From the NCBI GenBank assembly GCA_951406725.2, contig OX597823.1:61132001-61196000 (forward strand): DNA of 64,000 bases, in the 5' to 3' direction. The translations under genes were made by a program, and so were the position numbers. Numbering within the stretch: position 1 is the first letter of the stretch; every line of letters starts with the position of its first letter. Below are positions 11,286 through 25,038 of the stretch, in pieces. The notes below the pieces were generated by a model, which was not told where the DNA came from, searched no databases, and was given only the letters and a program-made list of their open reading frames with translations. Source of the DNA: Octopus vulgaris. Taxonomy: Eukaryota.

Positions 11286-13567
11286 TTGTGGGCACATCTT
11301 TTAGATATAGAACTGCTTTATGTTCAGAGTTCAAATTCTGCCAAGGTTAACTTTGCCTTTTGTTGCAATGTAAGATGGATAATATTGTTCTTAGAATATA
11401 ACAAATGAACTAAAATTTTGCAGCAATTCAAAATTGAAGTGCAAAGTGGTGAATTGTAACTTTAATTTTCCCCACAATGCAGAAATGAACTGTCTGTACT
11501 ACAGTGTGTTACGGTAAAAAGAGTTCATCTGCAACAATGAGCTAGTGTAACTTCATGTCACCTGGTAAGAGTTCATAGTATTTTTTATTTTTATTTTTGA
11601 ATGAATCAACATAAGCTTAAATTATCCTATTATTGTGGGCATGAAAAAGTCACATGATCGAATTATGTCCATAGGTTGGATGACAATAAACAATGTTTTT
11701 ATGTTGAGGCAACTGGGGTTGTTTCACCTTTCATCCTCTTGGAGCCAATAAAATAAATAGCACCAGTCAAGTACCAAGGCTGATGTGATTGACTTGACCC
11801 CACTCTATCTCAAAACTGTTGTCCTTATGCTAAAATTAGTAAGAATTATTAAGTGGTAGTGTGTCTGACAAAATGCCTTATGGTATTTAGTTTCACTCTG
11901 AGTTCAAATTCTGCTGGGGTCATCTTTATACTTCATTCTTCTGGGGTTGATAAAACGAAGAACAAGTTGTGGTTTTTCTCGAGGCCAATACTAATTGAGC
12001 AAATTTAGGATCAAAAGCATTCTAGCCAAGACCATCCAGTATTTGTTAAACATAGTTTAGGACTTTCATTTACTAAGAATGTAGGGTACAATTTACTGGA
12101 ACTAATATCTATATAGAAGCTTCCTCATTGGTTCGGACATAACTAGAAGTTATGTCTGAGCAGTAATAATATTGGTTTCAACAAAGGCCAGCAAGTTTGG
12201 GAGAAGAAGTAAGTCAATTACATTGACGCCAGTGCGTAACTGGTATTTATTTTATTGACTCTGAAAGGATGAAAGACAAAGTAGACCTCTATGGAATTTG
12301 AACTTAAAATGTAAGCATTTTGCCCTGCATATTAATGATTCTGTTGTCTTACTACCCTTCTTAACAGTAATAATCCTTTCTACAATAAGCACAAAGCCTG
12401 GAATTAGGGAGAGGTGGTTAATGAACTGCATCAACCCCGGTACTCAACTGGTACTTATCTTATTGACTCCAAAGGGTTGAAAGGTAAAGCTGACCTCAGC
12501 GGAATTTGAACTCAGATCATAAAGACAGACAAAATACTCCTAAGCATTTTGTCTGATGTGCTAACAAATCTACCAGCTCACTGCCTTTAATAATAATAAT
12601 AATAATATTAACTATGTTACTCCCTATAATATCTGACTTTGCACCATAGAAAATACTAAGTTACCATTCCAGTGTTTATATCTCTGAATTATTACTTGTT
12701 AGCAGTCTTTAGTAGTGGGGAGGCACCCTTCAAACCATTAGGTTAGTGGACAACTGAATAGGTCTGAAATCTGAAGGTTAGCAATTTAAATCTACCTAAG
12801 ATCCCATTTATCATTTTATCCTGTGTGGTGGATCGGCAACATCTCCACAAAGCTTTCTCCTTTTCCTGCAGGGGTAGCGAAGTATCTCCTCTACAGCAAG
12901 ACACTTGTTCCCTAATTTCTTCTTTAGACTTTCTATACCTGACACAAAGATATGTCTCTCATTACTGTACCCCCACTCTTTGACGGGACATTGTCTTGTA
13001 ATTTCCTTGGTGATCCCATTAGTGTTGGTGCCATGTATGTCATGTAAAGAGGTTGGCATTAGGAAGAACATACAGCCATAGAAATCTTGCTGAGGTAGAC
13101 ATTGGAGACCAACGCAGCCTTCAGGCTTGTCACATCCTATTAAACCATCCAACTCTTGCCAGGATGGAACAGAGGTGTTAAATGATGATGGTGATGATGA
13201 TGATGATTAAAATATTTGATAAACATTTTGCGGTATTTGTCATTTATCTTTCAGGATTGACAATATAAGGTACCAATAAAATACTTAATTAACTGTTTCC
13301 TCATGTCTATGAAAGAAGTTAATGTTTTATCCTGTATACTAATTAAAAATTTAAATCCATTTATTAAAGGATTAATTAGATCCATTTATTATTTCATCAT
13401 ACATTCTAAGCAAGGTAAGAATATTACCTTATTTAGAAACAAGAGAAGGTTAGCAATGGGAAGGACATTCAAATTCTGTTTGAAATTCAAATTCTGCTTC
13501 AAATTCTGTTTGAAACATGCAATGATGGAAACGTGGATATAAAGCAATGATGACAATGACGATGTAC

Positions 13568-13628
13568 TCTTTTGAAAAAGTAGGGACAGGTTTCAAATTC
13601 TGTGTGCCAGGCTTGCTTCTTTCTGAAG
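13568..13628 (-). CDS. Candidate coding exon (FRKKQAWHTEFETCPYFFKR)
   Basis: Strong acceptor atttttttcacag, weak donor gtacat. Phase 2 to 0 bridges exons 25187-25339 and 7826-7868. Confidence 0.45.
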
Positions 13629-14300
13629 CTGTGAAAAAAATGTCTGCTTATACTATTTAAGAAACTACAACTTGTAACTATTATATCTATTTCTTTACTA
13701 CCCACAAGGGGCTAAATACAGAGGGGACAAACAAGGACAGACAAACGGATTAAGTCGATTACATCGACCCCAGTATGTAACTGGTACTTAATTTATCGAC
13801 CCTGAAAGGATGAAAGGCAAAGTCGACCTCGGCGGGATTTGAACTCAGAACGCAGCAGCGGACGAAATACCGCAAAGCATTTCGCCCAGGATGCTAACGT
13901 TTCTGCCAGTAACTATTATATCATCACACACACACACACATGCGCACACACATGCACACACACACATGCACACTCAATAAGGAAGCCTTTAGAGGATCAC
14001 TCGACTTGCCATACTAAAAATAACAGCCAAATTAACCTAGACTAAATTTATCCCGCCTTCTTTGAAAATGAGACAACACATTAAATAATGCCAGTCAAAA
14101 ATATACAGAGTCCAGAGACAGAGACAGGATTCTAAAGACTGAAATTCCTTTGATCACAAATCTGCTCCATCAATCCTGACCTGGGGCTAAACATCAACAC
14201 TTGCTTACATACAAATGCTAAAACACATTCACATACAAATCTTAACACAAACACACACACATTCACACACACACAAATACAAACACACATTAATAGTCAA

Positions 14301-14351
<51 letters not shown>

Positions 14352-14978
14352 CTTTCACAGACATACACTCGCATACATAGACGTTACTGAAAATTCTATC
14401 CAGCCGCCACTTTCATTCAAAACCACATAGTGTGGAAATATGTGGAAATGTGTGTTTACACAGTTTTTCCCTGGGAACTGAAGAACACTTCTAACAGTTA
14501 ATGAGATGATTTCTTTCTCTAAATGAAATAACTTGAAGTTTACCAATTGTATGGTGCTTTTATTGCAATTCACGGACAGTGAATAGCATTTTGCCACTCC
14601 AGACTGATTGGTTCATATGTCTGGCTATAATTTAAACTGCTTTCTCACACAAACTTGCCGATAAGTAGCTGGCCTCCCCTTTTGTTAACTTTTCTTTGGC
14701 TACATCATAATCTAGAATTCATTGAAAATAACCCAAGATAGCTGCTGCCATTGTGTGCAGACACAATTGTCTATCACCTCAAATAGATTACATCTTAATA
14801 AATTGCTTTTGTTATTAAACAATCTATAAATGCATTTACACTTACACTTACTCTTCTTACTATATACTAAAGATTTTCTGAACAAATACAGCCATTGTGA
14901 AACTATTGCATTTCTTGATTGACTGACAAAATTATTATTATTCCCCACACCGATGCAGATGTTTCGTATGTACATATA

Positions 14979-15043
<65 letters not shown>

Positions 15044-15056
15044 CATACATACATAC

Positions 15057-15087
<31 letters not shown>

Positions 15088-15199
15088 TATATATATATAC
15101 ATAAATACATACATATATATATGTGTGTGTATACATATATGTATGCATATATATGTATGTATATATATATGTATATATCTGTGTGTGTATATATATATA

Positions 15200-15257
<58 letters not shown>

Positions 15258-15723
15258 CTTATAAATATATGAATAATTATGTACACATATCTATCTATCT
15301 TTGTGGATATATATATATACATATATATATAAAAAATTCTGTTAGAGGTTGTGTTAGCCTCATGAAGGGATGGTGTCATCCAAGGAAATACAGATTCAAT
15401 GCCTAATATTTTGGGAGAAATTGATTTCCTTAAAATAATAGGTATGTATATAAACTGGTTTATATTAATATATTGTTCATTTATATATCTATATACATGT
15501 ATATTTCTATTTTACAATGTATTTCCCTCACAATCTCTCACTCTCTCTCTATGCGTGTAGGTGTGTATGTGTATGCACACATACACTCATGCATGCACAC
15601 ACACAGCACTATATCAATCTCTGTAGACATCCACTAAAGATCTGTTTGAAAGCAACTTAGTTTTAAAACAAAAATCATAAATAAAACAAATAGCACACAC
15701 ACACACACTCACACGCTATAATG

Positions 15724-15756
<33 letters not shown>

Positions 15757-16201
15757 TTAACAACAACAGCAACAACAACAACAATAATAATAATAGCAAT
15801 ATTGACATATGAAAAAATAGCAAAACTAAATAAATGCAACATTAAAAATAATCACATTGAAAGTGGATTAATTCTTTGGAGTGAGTGTCATACGAAGCTT
15901 AATCCCTGTCTTCACTTAATCCACATGACATAACCATTTTCAAGAGACATTCCATTCGGACATAAGAAATGATTACTATGGAATGACAAACCATTCCTGT
16001 TGCTTAGATATTGTTGCATGTCTTTGAGTCAAAAATACTTGATACTGTTTGCTTTAAGCCTTTTAACAGATTACAACAAATTAACAAGTCCTCAGATAAG
16101 GATAGATAAATATAAAAAAAAATAAACAATAAAACTATATGTTAAATAAACTGGAGGGAAATTCTTGAAAGAGTCTCTGATAGAATAAAGATAGTAGCAT
16201 T

Positions 16202-16297
<96 letters not shown>

Positions 16298-16307
16298 CGT
16301 GTGTGTG

Positions 16308-16579
16308 TATCATTTATTCCACAGCCTTCAAAATCACTTGGATGGAAAAAATATGAATTCTGTAGACAAGGTCAGAACAGTACTGGAGGAGTATTTTTTT
16401 TTATCACAGATAGGTGAATTTTGGAAGAGGGGCCTTGCAAGTCTACCAGATAGATGGAAGAGCATTATACAAAATGAAGGAGTGTCTATTTTAGAGTAAA
16501 AAAAGAACTTTGTTTAACTTAATTTTGAAAAATAAAAGAAATATAAGAAAAAAACACCATTATTTATAGGATGACCCAA
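16308..16579 (+). mobile_element. Mariner 3' fragment
   Basis: YHLFHSLQNHLDGK...FWKRGLASLPDRWKSII. Right TIR TTTATAGGATGACCCAA followed by TA. Confidence 0.85.
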
Positions 16580-17105
16580 TACTTGATACATTCACAATAT
16601 TGGAAGAGAGACTTTCTTCAAAATGATTAACTATTTAAAACAAATCTTAGAAAAACTGAATGACACAAACCCTTTGGAATGAAGCTTTTGTATTGTCTGT
16701 GCAAGTGTTTCATATTTCAATTTTTCAAACACACATACATACATATATAAGGATATAAACACATTTACATATATAATATATATATATATACATATTGACA
16801 CATACACACTTACACACACATGCACACATGCATACACATAAATATAGATATTTATGCATATTTATATTTATATGTATATGTATACACACATACATATCCT
16901 TGTGTGCGTGAATGTGTAGGGGTGACCATCTAGCAAGAATTTTCCTTCTCAAGTACAGGTTCCAGGTTCATTTCCATGCAAGGCAACTTGAGCATATAGC
17001 CCCAGGAAAGCAAAAGCCTACTATAGCCCCAGGACAACAAAAGCCTTGTAAGTGAATTTAGTTGAGAGATATACATTGTACATATATGTATATATATATA
17101 TATAA

Positions 17106-17146
<41 letters not shown>

Positions 17147-17149
<3 letters not shown>

Positions 17150-17410
17150 GTCTTTGCCTTCGAAACATGGAGTAGATGAAACAGGTACAACTGATGAAGA
17201 GGAATATTCTTTATGTTGTATGCCTCGTTTCTCTATTTGTTTGTTTTTTATTGTTCGAAAAATATTTGTTTCTGTGTTTTTGTTTTTATGTATTCGTTTG
17301 TTTTTGTGTCCAACATTTTTTGATGTCCTGTACCCATATATGCATGCATATATACATATATAAGTAGGCATGTACATATATGTATGTATATATGCATATA
17401 TTTATATATT
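17147..17410. repeat. Diverged relative of the 40499-41610 repeat unit
   Basis: Shared CCTTCGAAAC...CTGATGAAG...TGTCCTGTAC...GTAGGCATGTACATATATG blocks. Confidence 0.6.
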
Positions 17411-17656
17411 ATTTATATTATACGTATATATATATACATATATATATGTATATATATATATATATATACTAAGCAATAAAGGGTTTAGCAACGAATTGCC
17501 TTACCACAGACCGAATTTAGAAATAGCAGTCAAAGAGTTATAGCTATTTCTTCTACTAAAAGGGAGATCTCAGTAAAAAACACAGCAATTGGAAGGCAGA
17601 CACAAACAGGTAAGAGAGAATGAATTGACGGCAATCTATCATACAATTTTAAGTTA

Positions 17657-17756
17657 TCTACGGACGCACGTTTCGAAATCAAGTTTTTAGGAAAGCATGA
17701 GAATTAAATATTAAATAATTCTACGTTACCCAAACTTCTTTTCTCTTCAGCGTAGA
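17657..17756 (-). ncRNA. Type I hammerhead ribozyme motif
   Basis: TCTACG-CTGAAGA-GAAAAGAAGTTT...AAACTTGATTTC-GAAA-CGTGCGTC-CGTAGA. Confidence 0.75.
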
Positions 17757-18250
17757 ATACTATAATCATAAGTGATTATATATTGAATTTTGAGATACTA
17801 GAAGGCACCAACTCAACTCAGTATCAGAGCGAGCTAGAATCCGCAACTAGTATCACCAAACCAAAGTGTGAATGAAAGGATTGTGTCACCAGCCCCTTCC
17901 CACCCGCGTGTAGCCAAAACAAGATGCTATGGTCATCTACTGAGATAAAATATGGTTATCCGTAATAATGAAGGGTGAAATTAATTAATTTGGAATAATT
18001 ATCAATTACACCAAGTAGTCTTCGGCATGTAAAAGCCTCATTCGAGGAAAATTTAAGTAATACTAAGCAATAAAGGGTTTAGCAACGAATTGCCTTACCA
18101 CAGACCGAATTTAGAAATAGCAGTCAAAGAGTTATAGCTATTTCTTCTACTAAAAGGGAGATCTCAGTAAAAAACACAGCAATTGGAAGGCAGACACAAA
18201 CAGGTAAGAGAGAATGAATTGACGGCAATCTATCATACAATTTTAAGTTA

Positions 18251-18350
18251 TCTACGGACGCACGTTTCGAAATCAAGTTTTTAGGAAAGCATGAGAATTA
18301 AATATTAAATAATTCTACGTTACCCAAACTTCTTTTCTCTTCAGCGTAGA
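18251..18350 (-). ncRNA. Type I hammerhead ribozyme motif (second tandem copy)
   Basis: Identical to 17657-17756 and 594 bp away. Confidence 0.75.
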
Positions 18351-18966
18351 ATACTATAATCATAAGTGATTATATATTGAATTTTGAAAAGAAGTTTGGG
18401 TAACGTAGAATTATTTAATATTTAATTCTCATGCTTTCCTAAAAACTTGATTTCGAAACGTGCGTCCGTAGATAACTTAAAATTGTATGATAGATTGCCG
18501 TCAATTCATTCTCTCTTACCTGTTTGTGTCTACCTTCCAATTGCTGTGTTTTTTACTGAGATCTCCCTTTTAGTAGAAGAAATAGCTATAACTCTTTGAC
18601 TGCTATTTCTAAATTCGGTCTGTGGTAAGGCAATTCGTTGCTAAACCCTTTATTGCTTAGTATTACTTAAATTTTCCTCGAATGAGGCTTTTACATGCCG
18701 AAGACTACTTGGTGTAATTGATAATTATTCCAAATTAATTAATTTCACCCTTCATTATTACGGATAACCATATTTTATCTCAGTAGATGACCATAGCATC
18801 TTGTTTTGGCTACACGCGGGTGGAAGGGGCTGGTGACACAATCCTTTCATTCACACTTTGGGTTTGGTGATACTAGTTGCGGATTCTAGCTCGCTCTGAT
18901 ACTGAGTTGAGTTGGTGCCTTCTAGTATCTCAAAATTCAATATATAATCACTTATGATTATAGTAT

Positions 18967-19066
18967 TCTACGCTGAAGAGAAAAGAAGTTTGGGTAACGT
19001 AGAATTATTTAATATTTAATTCTCATGCTTTCCTAAAAACTTGATTTCGAAACGTGCGTCCGTAGA
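18967..19066 (+). ncRNA. Type I hammerhead ribozyme motif (inverted copy); predicted GUC cleavage after 19060
   Basis: Stem I 18967-72/19061-66, core CTGAAGA 18973-79, GAAA 19049-52. Confidence 0.75.
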
Positions 19067-19348
19067 TAACTTAAAATTGTATGATAGATTGCCGTCAATT
19101 CATTCTCTCTTACCTGTTTGTGTCTGCCTTCCAATTGCTGTGTTTTTTACTGAGATCTCCCTTTTTAGTAGAAGAAATAGCTATAACTCTTTGACTGCTA
19201 TTTCTAAATTCGGTCTGTGGTAAGGCAATTCGTTGCTAAACCCTTTATTGCTTAGTATTACTTAAATTTTCCTCGAATGAGGCTTTTACATGCCGAAGAC
19301 TACTTGGTGTAATTGATAATTATTCCAAATTAATTAATTTCACCCTTC

Positions 19349-19445
<97 letters not shown>

Positions 19446-19766
19446 CTGTACAGATATCTATGTAAATATATATATGTATCCTTCCTTCCCCGAGGCTGTC
19501 TGTGCTGCTCCTGATTACTCTCTAAATATAAGCACTTCATCCAAATGTAAAATTTGTATTATTTGATTTCTCTGTCTGAAGAATTTCTAATAGGAAATCA
19601 GATGATGATGATGATCATGATGATGAATGTAATATATATAAACACACACACATACAAATATACATACATATATGTATATATAGATCCATTCACATACACA
19701 TCATATATACCCATTATACATATATCACACATGCATGCACACACACATATATACAAGCATACATTC

Positions 19767-19796
<30 letters not shown>

Positions 19797-19797
<1 letters not shown>

Positions 19798-20035
19798 CAT
19801 CATCATCATCGTTTAACGTCCGTTTTCCGCACTAGCACGGGTTGGACGGTTCGACCGGGGTCTGGGAAGCCAGGGGCTGCACCAGGCTCCAGTCTGATCT
19901 GGCAGTGTTTCTACAGCTGGATACCCTTCCTAATGCCAACCACTCCGCGAGTGTAGTGGGTGCTTTTTACATGCCACCTGCACAGGTGCCAGGGGGGTCT
20001 GGCATCGGCCATGATTGGTTGGTGCTTTTAACGTG
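19797..20035 (-). mobile_element. SINE family C with (GAT)n tail (AGGAAGGGCATCCAGC...GGACGTTAAAC), representative copy
   Basis: Related copies at 27097-28060, 54505-54695, 56315-56560, 40010-40200(+), 59085-59445(+). Confidence 0.8.
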
Positions 20036-20688
20036 TATCTATATATATACACACATATCTGTAAGTATGTATGTATGTATATTTATTATATAGCAATACA
20101 ATGTTTTGAGTGTTGGGGATTTAAAGAATGATACATAATTGGTTTAAGCAAGTACAAATGCAGTCACATCATTCTATTTCTTTCTTTATTCTTTTTCTTT
20201 TCCTGCCCTTTCTTCTGTCAGCCTTTTTGTCTTTCTTTTTTCCTATGTTCTCTCTCTAACCAAGCCTCCAAAAATTTACCACATGCACATACTTAAAAAC
20301 ACATACATACACATACATACATAAACAAAAGAACATTCTCTTCCCCATTCAACTCCAGATTTTTTCAAGTAACTCACACATATATATAAAAGGCATAAAT
20401 TTTCTGTAAAGAGATATCATTTCTGATGATTCACTGAAACAAGATGAAAGCACTAAATAAATAATTGTTCAACATTCTGACAACCTCCTTCTTCTTAATA
20501 TTTAAAATCTGTACACCACTTTAAACAATCTGAACAAACATACATACATACATACATACATACATACATACATACATACATACATACATACATACATACA
20601 TACATACATACATACGTACATACATACATACATACATATATATACATGTGTGTGTGTGTGTATATATACACACACACACACACACACA

Positions 20689-21903
20689 CATAGATATAAC
20701 AGAAGTAAATAAACACTCCATAATATATTGTTTTATGCTTATTTTAACTTGAAAAAGTTTATATTTTTTTATTAATTGATATTTTTGTTTCGAGTTCTAT
20801 ATGTGACTGTTTAATCATGCCACATACAAAAGATGCCTTGGAACCGTCTGAATTTCAATGAGGCCAAATTGTGGGTCAATCTGAAGCTGGACTTAATGTA
20901 CGATCGCAGAAAACCTTGGGATCCCACTTTCTACAGTTAAGAGAGTGGAGAGGAGAAGGAGATTCCATCACCTTGCCCAGATCGACCAGAGTCCCTTTAA
21001 CAGGACCCTTTGCTTTTTTGAAAGAAGTGAGAAAGATAATCTTTGTTGCAAGGCCTCTGACATAGCAGAGCAAGTTGATATCAGTCCCAGAACAGCTGTG
21101 AAGTATCTCCACAAACTTGGCAAGAAGGAAGTCACTTCTTCAACCAGCCAATATCAGTTGGAGAAAGGGTTGAGCCAGTGTGATGGTGGAGATGCCACTA
21201 GCATTTTGGGACACTGTCATATTCTCTGATGAGTCTAGATTTGCTGTATTTTTTTGATAGTGGTTGAGTATATGTCTGGAGACTCTGTGATCAAGAATTT
21301 GACAGGAAAAGTTTGTAGCCAACAATGAAACATAGCAGCTATTCTGTGATAGCTTGGGGAGCAATTTAGAGCAATGGTTGATCAGAGCCGGTGGAATGTG
21401 AGAGAAACATAAACTTAGATGAATATGCATCTATATTGCAGAAAGGACTCCTTTCAATCTCTGGTGCTGAAATGATTAAAGAAAATTCTTTATTTATGGG
21501 AGATGAGGCTCCTTATAACATGGCTTAAAAATACCCGAGATTGGTTGGAAACAAAAATGGCATTAAAAAGTTTCCATGGCCAAGCCAGTCACCAGATACC
21601 AACCCTGTTGAACACCTCTGGAACATAATGGACAGGGGATATCATAAAAAGAACAAGAAAGGATCCTCAAAGTCAAATCTATTGAAATTACAATGTGAAA
21701 CTTGGCAAGAAATTCTTCAAGAGAATATTCATTATTTGATCAGTAGCATGCCTAATAGGGTCCTTGCACTGAAAAATGCAAAGGGCATGCCTACTAAATA
21801 TTAGATATTCACATTATAATAGTTGATAAATAATTTGAATGTATAATTTTGGATTTAAATTATAATGATTATAAGATGTCTATATACTTCTGTCATATCT
21901 GTG
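20689..21903 (+). mobile_element. Tc1-like transposon, degenerate full length
   Basis: Imperfect TIRs CATAGATATAACAGAAGTAAATAAACA / rc CACAGATATGACAGAAGTATATAGACA. Transposase motifs VIFSDESRF and WPSQSPDTNPVEHLW...SMPNRV...GMPTKY. Confidence 0.88.
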
Positions 21904-22033
21904 TATATATATATTTAAATATATATTTAAAATAATAAGGGTGAAAAACTGATTATTAATTTGATTAATATCAATTTAAAACCAGTGGCCAAGCATATTG
22001 AAAAATTTGAAGTTTCAGAAAAAATTATATTAC

Positions 22034-22307
22034 ATACATATAAGAGGGATGACCTGTAAGTGGACATCCATTATGCTAGAAGAAGATCCGCTATGGTCAT
22101 ACCACTAAGAAAGGAATGTTCTCAAGAGAATTTAGCAATTGCCAGAACGCAAGTGAGCTAGACAAATGAAAAGATACAAATAATAAGCTTACATTCTGGC
22201 GTTTGCTAAATTCTCTTGAGAACATTCCTTTCTTAGTGGCAAGACCATAGCGGATCTTCTTCTAGCATAATAGATGTCCACTTACAGGTCATCCCACTTA
22301 TATGTAT
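22034..22307. repeat. Inverted repeat, ~120-bp arms, ~34-bp spacer (PLE pLTR-like)
   Basis: Arms at 22034-22153 and 22188-22307. GCTATGGTCAT block and the upstream AAGGGTGAAA...ATCAATT block resemble the 594-bp unit. Confidence 0.85.
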
Positions 22308-22392
22308 ATTTAAATATATATATATATACATATATATACATATATGCCCGTAAATATATATATATATACATATATATACATATATGCCCGTA

Positions 22393-22470
22393 GGCATATG
22401 GTGTAGTGGTTAAGAGCGCAAGCTACTAAACCCAAGATTCCGAGTTCGATTCCAGGCAGTAACCTGAATA
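22393..22470 (+). mobile_element. tRNA-like head of the 10990-11285 family
   Basis: TGGTGTAGTGGTTAAGAGCGC...AGTTCGATTCC, preceded by the inverted junction ATATGCCCGTAGGCATAT. Confidence 0.7.
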
Positions 22471-22966
22471 ATAAAATTAGTCTTTTAGCTCTATTAATGG
22501 AGTCTTTTCTCTTTAAAATATATATACACAAATATTTTTGCATAAGCACTCCCTGTCCTCTTATTATTTCTAATCACTTAATATGAATCAATTTTTATTT
22601 TTATATTCCTAACATTCATTATTAATACTAAAGATGGACAGCCTCTTGAAAAAGATGGAAACATGAATATATTCCGATTACAACAATATACTAACCTACA
22701 TCTACATTTCCCCCCCTTTTTTCATCATATTCTAAATGATAATGATAAAGAGAAAAAAATTGTAATAACACCAAGTATTTTATCTGTATCACTTATATAT
22801 TCCTTTAGCATTCAGATTACCTTGTCAAATATACTGCTTATTTACTCACATTGTTTTAAATTAATCATGCATTATCTTGAGCTTCAAGATTTTAAAGATG
22901 TGATTGTTTATTTTTAGAATAATTTTGTAGTATCTGTCCAGGTTAAATGCTAAATGGATATATACA

Positions 22967-23032
<66 letters not shown>

Positions 23033-23054
23033 CATACATACATACATATATACA

Positions 23055-23112
<58 letters not shown>

Positions 23113-23185
23113 CATCAGTACCATCATCATCATTGTTTAATACCCTCCTCCCACGCTGGACATTAAATGATGATGATGATGATAG

Positions 23186-23231
<46 letters not shown>

Positions 23232-24816
23232 CACACACACAACACACACGCACACACATATAGGGTTTGATTCCCAGCATGGGAGCATAAATTTTTATTG
23301 GACGCAGGTATGACTGTAGTAAGAAGCTTGTTTCCTAACCACATGGTTCTGGGTTCAGTCCCACTGCATGGCACCTTGGGTGAGTGTCTTCTACTATAGC
23401 TTTGGGTTGACCCAACTGTTGTGGGTGGATTTGGTAGATGGAAACTGTATGTGTGTGTGTGTATATATCTATGTGTGCATGTCTTTGTATCAATAGTTGA
23501 CCCCCCACATCATCACTTGACAACTGGTATTGGTGTGTTTAAGTCCCTGTAACTTAATGGTTTACCAAAAGATACCAATAGAATAATTACTAGGCTTAAA
23601 AAAATATCCTGGGTTCGATTTGTTCAGCTAAAAATCTTCAAGGTGGTACTCCAGCATGGCCACATTCAACTGTCTGAAACACATAAAAAAATTAAACAAT
23701 AAAAGAATTTATATTGATATACAGTAGATAGATATACGATGAGTGTCTTTCAGTTTCCATACACAAAATCCAGTCACAGGGCTATGGTCAATTTGTGGCT
23801 ATAGTAGATGATACTTGCCCAAGGTGCTACACTCTGATATTGAACCCAAGACCACATGGTTGGGAAGCAAGCTTCTTAACCACACAGCCATGCTTGTGCC
23901 TATGATGACAAGACATGAGAAAAAAACATAGAAAAATGTCTGATAATGCTTAATAGATTATTGGGTGAGAATTGGATTATGAATTTATCTTCATCTAATG
24001 TATCAAAGACATGCTAGACTAATGCCCCACGCCCCACCCCTGTCTTCCAGTTGACCATTACCAGATATTGTAAGAAGGAAGAATAAGTGAGAAGAGACAC
24101 AGTTTTAAGCTTGATCCACTAATGGTTTGTTCTAGATTCAGTTTACATTGAGTTTTATCAACATTTATTTGCTATTCACAGAATGAAACAATTAGGTGTG
24201 GCTGTTTAGACGCTGGTAATTTGGCATGGCTCACTGGTCAGTGAAGCTGTTTTTGTTGCAACTGTACTTCTTAGAACTGAAGGTAAACACACACATTCAT
24301 TCATACACATGCACATATGCGCACACACACACACATGCACACGCACACAACACGCATACATGCCTGTGCAGAAATATACACATACAGAGGCTGTCAGAGA
24401 GTGAGAGAGAGAGATTGCTATTAATTAATTGAACATGACATAAACACTCTCGCTTTCTCTCTTCGTACACATAAAGAAAAATATGCTAACATAAGCAGAG
24501 AGAGAGACAGACAGACAGAGGAAGAAATAAATAGAGAGAGAGAGATAAATGGATAGGTAGATAGAGTGAGAGAGAGAGAGGAAGAAAGAGGGAGAGAGGG
24601 GGAGAGAGAAAGGAAGAAAGAGGGAGAGGGAGAGAGAGAGAAAGAGAAAGAGTGAGAGAAACATGTCGCAATTTGTTCATTGAACAGGACTGACAAGCAC
24701 TTTCCCACTTTCCCACTCTGAACACACAGAAAGAGAAATATGCTCACACACATCAACTGAGAGAGAGAGAGAGAAAAATAGAAAGAGGGAGAGGGATAGA
24801 GCAAGAGAAACATTAA

Positions 24817-25038
24817 CCCTTTCGTTACCAATCCGCTCTGAAACCGGCTCCGGTTCTGAGTACAAATGTCTTGTTTTCAACAGTTCTGCATTAAAATCTT
24901 CCACCAAACCTTAGTCACAATTTATGTTCCTAACACTAGCTCAATGATAAACAATGTTATTTTACTAAATTCTTTGTTATATTTAAAGTAATTGAAAGAA
25001 AAACAGAGCATCTCAAAATAAATACAGTAACGGAAGGG
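24817..25038. mobile_element. piggyBac-like MITE, 222 bp
   Basis: TTAA TSDs at 24813-16 and 25039-42. TIR CCCTTTCGTTAC / GTAACGGAAGGG. Confidence 0.85.

Larger units (their letters stand above)
17467..19353. mobile_element. Palindromic partial-tandem array of a 594-bp hammerhead-bearing unit (Penelope pLTR / retrozyme-like)
   Basis: Direct units at 17467-18060 and 18061-18387, then inverted units at 18386-19353. Copies are almost identical and both flanks are (TA)n. Confidence 0.85.

Noticed and set aside
14355-14597. ORF with GWIEFSVT resembling a TGF-beta prodomain motif
   Set aside because: A single short motif with no splice support, running into microsatellite.
20415-20450. CTGATGA...GAAAC motif
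   Set aside because: No stem II and no NUH cleavage site.
21225-21240. CTGATGA hammerhead core (also at 26369)
   Set aside because: These are the FSDES codons of Tc1 transposase, with no matching stems.
22393-22466. Functional tRNA gene
   Set aside because: No proper acceptor stem, and it recurs as a repeat head (11200-11264).
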